Shown in pieces: positions 55,101 through 61,100 of a stretch of 64,000 nt of DNA. The notes below the pieces were generated by a model. The model did no database searches. It was not told where the DNA came from and was given only the letters and a program-made list of their open reading frames with translations. This DNA is from Phoronis australis. Taxonomy: Eukaryota > Animalia > Phoronida. The position numbers were made by a program, and so were the translations under genes. The stretch covers positions 49,843-113,842 of the forward strand of contig NMRA01000216.1 in NCBI GenBank assembly GCA_002633005.1, read 5' to 3'. The stretch's first letter is position 1; every line of letters starts with the position of its first letter.

Positions 55101-58100
55101 GAAGATGGCCAAATTTGGACATTTTTCCTAGTGTCTTACATAGCTTTAATCATAGCATTGTCTCTGATGGCATTCTTCACAGATACAGATCAAGGCGCTA
55201 GAACAGCTCAAGTTACCGACGTCCCCGCTGATGTTGGAGAACGCCTGCTTTATTATGCAGGAGGAGAGTAGCACTGCCTGGCCCCTGCTGTGTGACCCCA
55301 CCAACAAGGTCATTGATTGGGTCAAGTGTTTCAAGAAGAACGACAGTCTACATGAAGTCAAATATGCCGTGAGTTGTAACACGCTTTACTATTAGTTGTA
55401 GAGGATATTGTATAGAGGCTGGCTTGTACAGTTTTGTTGTTGAACATGTTATAGATTCATGCTTTCGGATGGGGAAAAGATTTTCTGTAATAATAGGTGA
55501 TATTTTTAATATGCTGATAATTGCTCTGCCTTCTGGTACAAAAAACTAATTTATACCATTTTTGTTTCAAAATTCAATTTTAACAACTAACTGAAAGTTC
55601 TCCAATTTGGCAAAGTGAAAAATTAATGGTTTTTCTCATCATCGGAGCTTGTTCTAAATTTTTGACATTAGGCAATACTGGTCGACCCAAATTCAAGAAT
55701 TACAATTAGTGACAAACAACCACATTGGTTATAGGGACTCATGAAAGCATTGCATCAGTGGGTGTTTTCAAACTCCGTTGACATAAAACGTAGTGTTCGA
55801 TATTTCAGAAATAAGTGTTGAAATCCCCCAGAACAAAAAATTCAATTTTGCCCTGAATTTCGGTGTCCCAAAGTTTAGAGACTGTCCCAAACTGGAGAAT
55901 CTTTACCGTAACTTGTCTTTGCTCAGATTAGTAGTCAATTCTCATTTGAGACCATGCATTTTATTTGTGTTTGGTTTACAGGTTCACCATTTTAATTAAA
56001 GTTTTGAATTCAAAGTAATATGGTCGGAAATAGGCTGGCTAGACGGAGTTGTCTTCATCAAAAATGATTCTATTTGCTCTATAGGAGTTGAGATCACAGC
56101 TGGAGACATGTCTGTCTGAGGGCTTTCCCCTGTTGGTGACTGATGTAGATGACCAAGAAATATCTAATGACAAACGATTCTTGGGAGTGTTGCGTGCTAG
56201 GGAGAAATTCATCAAAGGAAAACAGCCTTTCAAACTCTGGGTATGATGCATCTGTTAATCATAATTCAGTAAATACATGGAAATGTAAGTCCCGAAGCAT
56301 TAGGAGCAGGTTACTTATTAAATTATTAGCTGTTAAGAGAATTTTCATGCATAGTAATTTCAAAATATCACGAAAGCGATGTCATTGAATAAAGTACAAA
56401 TTTAAAATACAAACATTTTGCTGCCTGTTTCATCAAAATCGGCCCACTAGTATCAGAGTTAGAGCCTTGGTCTGCCAGATCGCATGGTTCATAACACTCA
56501 GTTCTACAAAAGTTCACCCTGCCATTCACATAGTATGCACTAGTTAATATCTGTCTCTATATCGATGGTTGTGATAGTCTTGCTTATTCACAGGTGGGTG
56601 ATCACGAGGTGGAGTGTGACCCCAAGTTCCGCCTGTACCTCCACACCAGCACTGACCCCTACCTTGTGCTACACGAGCTGGCCTGTATGGTGGCTGTAGT
56701 CTCCTTCAACAATGTACGAAGCAGCACTGAGGAGGAACTTCTGGACTACTTTATGGCGAAGGAGAAGGCAAGGTTGGAAGAAGAGCGCATGTTGCTACTG
56801 CAGGTATGTAGAGGGGCTTGGGTGGGTCTGATGGATGTGGGGCTTGGGTACGTCTGATGGATGTGGGGCTTGGTTGGGGGACTGGGAAGAACGCCCGTTT
56901 GTAAGTCGGGCTGTTGTGAGATAGATGATTGCTTCACAGCAAAGGAAAAGGCAAGGTTGTAAGAGGAACGGTTTGTTGCTAGTGCGGGTTTGTAGTGGGG
57001 CTGATGTGGGTGTGTGGGTATTTAATGAGTGTTGAATTTTTTGCTGGTGTCGGTGTTTGGGTGGCTAGATAACCTGTTGGTTGAGGGGGTTGTTGTTAAG
57101 AAAGAGATCATTGCCTTAAACTAAGAAGACCGTGTTGAAAGAATGAATATGCGTCGCAGCTTCTAGTTTGAAGTTGGGCAACAATTGAATGGGGATTTCA
57201 TTGTTGTGGGGCTCATTTATTAAGCCCGGCTGTATTGAAGTAAGCAGCACCCTCTTATGGCAAAGTCGTATGTGTGGGAGGTTGGTGAAGGTGGGAATTG
57301 GTGGTTATAGCACTGAGAGAAGGACTATGCATGCTGCTATACTGTAACTGTGTGCTGGAGCTGATCTGGGCATGTGCGACTTGTTTCAAATTGTCATGTT
57401 GTTGCAGGAGCACATTGAAAATATGACGTATCTGAAAACAATAGAGATGCAAATGAGAGAGCTACTGTCGAGTGACACACGACTCCTGAATGATCTCAGT
57501 GCTACAAAGAAGTTAGCTGAACTCAAGAAACACCATGATGAAACATTAGAGAGGTAAATCGGAACAATGAATTCTGTTGAGAGGGAAATAGCGTATGTTT
57601 AGCTGAGTGTAAACTGGGTAGCTTCATTTTACTTAATTCCAACCATAGCGAGTGGTTGGCTGCGCCATTACTGATATCTTCATTTTATCCAGTTATCTTG
57701 TTGGATGTTGTCTGCTTACTAGGCTCATTGTACCTTTCATTGCTCATCATCAATCGTTAGACCATTCTACCAAAAATCTCAAGAGCTTCAGAAGCTTGAC
57801 ATTGTGCGTGTCGGTCCTGATCAGCCAATCGCACGATTACACCACTCTCTACTGTTCATTCCAGCCAATCACGTGTCGAGGCCAGTCAGCAGTCTATCAT
57901 GAGAGCCAGGGAGGGCTACAGATCTATAGCCCAGCGTGGCGCCGTGTGCTTTGACGCTGCGCAGTACATCCGAGAGGTCAACCTTCTCTACCAGACCTCC
58001 TACAAACAGTTCCTTGATGTCTACGATGCAGCCATCAGTCACTCAGAGAGGTAGGTCTCTGAACGTTGTTGTTGCTTTACTACTGTTGGTGGTTTAGGGC

Positions 58101-61100
58101 ACATTTGATGTTTACCTCTTCCAACAAATGGTCAGGGTGCAGTTTCAGCTGTGGGGACCCAAGGATAGCTATGGTCTGAAGTACTAGGCACCAAATTCGC
58201 TCACTCCAAACACCACTTGTTCAGTCGTTGCCTCATAATACCATACGATGAAAATTAACAGCCATGCTGTCAATGGTTCGTATTTTAATAGCGTGCTGTT
58301 GAATGCCATTTAGAAATTCTGATTTCTGAAATTAATTTCTATATTTGAGAATCAGTTCGAAAATTGGCCAATCACAGTGACTTGAAGAGTGCCTTCAATT
58401 TGTCAGATTTAAAAATTGGTTGCGTGTCATGATCATTTTGTTGGCGGCATGAATTTGTTGTCATTCAAATTCTGCTGCACTCTGTGTAGATGGAAACTGC
58501 GTGAAGCCGTGGGAGAGGAACTGATGTAGGTTACACGAGTGGTACCATTAGTTATTTGAATGCGTGATTTACTTTCCTTTAATTTGTCAAGCACGGTCAG
58601 TGATATTGTTTTTGAAATTATTATGAGGTACTGATATTCTGTGCTATGTTGAAATTGCACCTATTTGTTCATTTAATACGTTAAGCTTGCTAGATGTTTG
58701 AAGATTCAGTTCTGCACCAGCTGTTTCTTGACAATTCTTTTTTTATTGAAATGCTATGATTGTTTCTGTGTTTTCCATTATTTAGAATTTATGGTAATTC
58801 TATGACTGACAAGTCAAATATCTCCACAAAATGAAGATTAAGACAATGTCAGTCTGTTACTAGCATAACTTGTACTGTAAAGATGTCACAAAACAGCTTT
58901 CAATAAATTATCCATTATTTGCGGTAATTAAGGTAGTCAGCCCTTGAAAACTGGAATAAGTTTGGCAATTGTTTAATTTGTGAAAAATAAGTAGAGTATT
59001 ATCATTGTAATTATCGGCTGATAATTGAAGTGTGAAGTAATTTGTTATTTTGAGAAGAAGTGTCGTGGAAGACGACTTGACAAATGAATGTTATTTTGGA
59101 AAATGCTGTTATTCTTTGCTTACTTTCGTGAAAATGAAGCGGAATAAGGAAAAATCAATGCATTCACTTTTAACAGTGTTCACCTGCATTTTGGGCTTAG
59201 AGGGGGCAATGATTGAAAATCACCTGGTGTCATTCACACACAATAGACCTTTTGAAATTGACATGCAAGGTCAGTGAAAGCAGGTTCTTGAATTCTGCTC
59301 TTAGTCATACAGCTGTTTCAGTTGGACTGTGCAACTAAACTCAGCTTAACAAAGGGTTTATGGTGCTGCCTGAGAAGGTAATTGTTTTATCCCCCTTCGG
59401 ATTCTGAACACCCAAGCCCAGAAAGAGGTAGTCAAATGCAGCTGTTGTTATGATCTACCTGTGTTACAGAGCGGCTGTGAAAGCAGTGGTTGAGCGACTG
59501 ACGTACAGCTCCTATCTAACCACTTCACGCTCTCTACTAGAGAAGGATAAGCTGATTTATGCGGTGCTGTTAGCCCTCGAGGTAACTTGACATAGTGTTA
59601 ACAATTATGGTTACTTTGTGCTGTCAATGATCTCTCTAGGAAATTCAACACAGTGTATCATTGGTGACGGTCACTTTCAAAAGAGTCATTTACTTCGGGT
59701 CAAGTCCTTTTTTTACATGTTTCCTTTGTCAAGCAATGCTTATAGCATCATGCAGTTATCAAACTTTAAGAGGATTAAAGGTTGAGTTTTCATTAAGCAG
59801 GCTTAGATTCTTGATTTTTCTGGCATGTCATTTTAATTACTAAAGTAACAAATAACTTATTGTCAATTCTGAAAGAATTTCAGTGCTTAAAAGTTTCAGG
59901 AAATTGCGAAATTATAAAAAATCATGATCATGACTTTGTATTCTTTTAAAGAAGAAGTTAATCGCTCCAGTGGGGCTTGACTTCAGACGCTTAAATAGCG
60001 TTATTTAGAATAGTTATTTATGGATTNATTGTTATGACTGCGGTCGGAGCTCCTAAGGGAGATGAAACAAAGATTATGGCACAAAAGAAGCCATTCGATT
60101 GGATGACTGATGACACATTCCACAACCTGCAAATGCTGGCTATCCACTTCGAGTGGTTCCAGGACATGTTTGACCGTCTAAGCAAAGACGGTCGAGAGAC
60201 ACAATGGCGAAACTTGTGCGAGAGTGATGCCCCCGAAAATGTGCCCTTGCCAGACAAAATGGACGATCAGTTCTCACCTGTTCAGCGCCTCCTCTTGTTG
60301 CGTAGCGTGCGCAGTGATAGATTGATACAGGCATCAACTAGTTTTATAGGATCTGTGCTGGGCAAAAAGTGAGTGGGACTCTTTCATGACGAAATGTGGC
60401 ATTTGCTAAGAGTATTAGAACAAAACATTTTGGTGCTACTGCCATGTTAGAGATTGCAATGAAATACTGTTAATGCTTCCTTTTGTGGTTAAGTGATCAA
60501 AATATGTAGGCGGATATTTTTTGCAAATCAAAGTGTGCTGTTAAATGGATGCACTAATAATCAGCCATTTATTGATTGTTTTGAAGATTATGGGAAGTTC
60601 TGGAGAAATGCTCACCATGGGAGGATTAAATGAACACATAATTCCCAAAATAACTTTATTCCATCTCTTTTGTGTGACCAAAACATTGTGAAAAGTCATA
60701 TTTTCGCTACATAATTGTTTTTTTTTTTATTGCCGTCATCTCTGTCTGGGTGTTCGGGTGTCTGGGCGTCCAGCATCCACGGCTGTATCACCTAAACCCC
60801 TTGCAGGATCTTATTGAAATTTGGCAGGTGTGTTCCTATGGGGTTGACAACAGAAGGCAACGAGTTTCGGACCGACTCGAATACCACTGTGCCCCCTATT
60901 AATGAGGTGACGCTATCCTTACGTTTTCGGGTGGATTCAAAGTATTTTGCGTCATCTAGTGGCCATTTTTAGTATTTTCGAGTCTGTTTTTGGCATCTGT
61001 CCCCCTATCAACCAAACCGCTCTAAGGATGATTGTGAAGATTGGATGTTGTCACTTCGAAGAGGACAGTTGACGATGATTTTCCAACAACTTCAACTACT

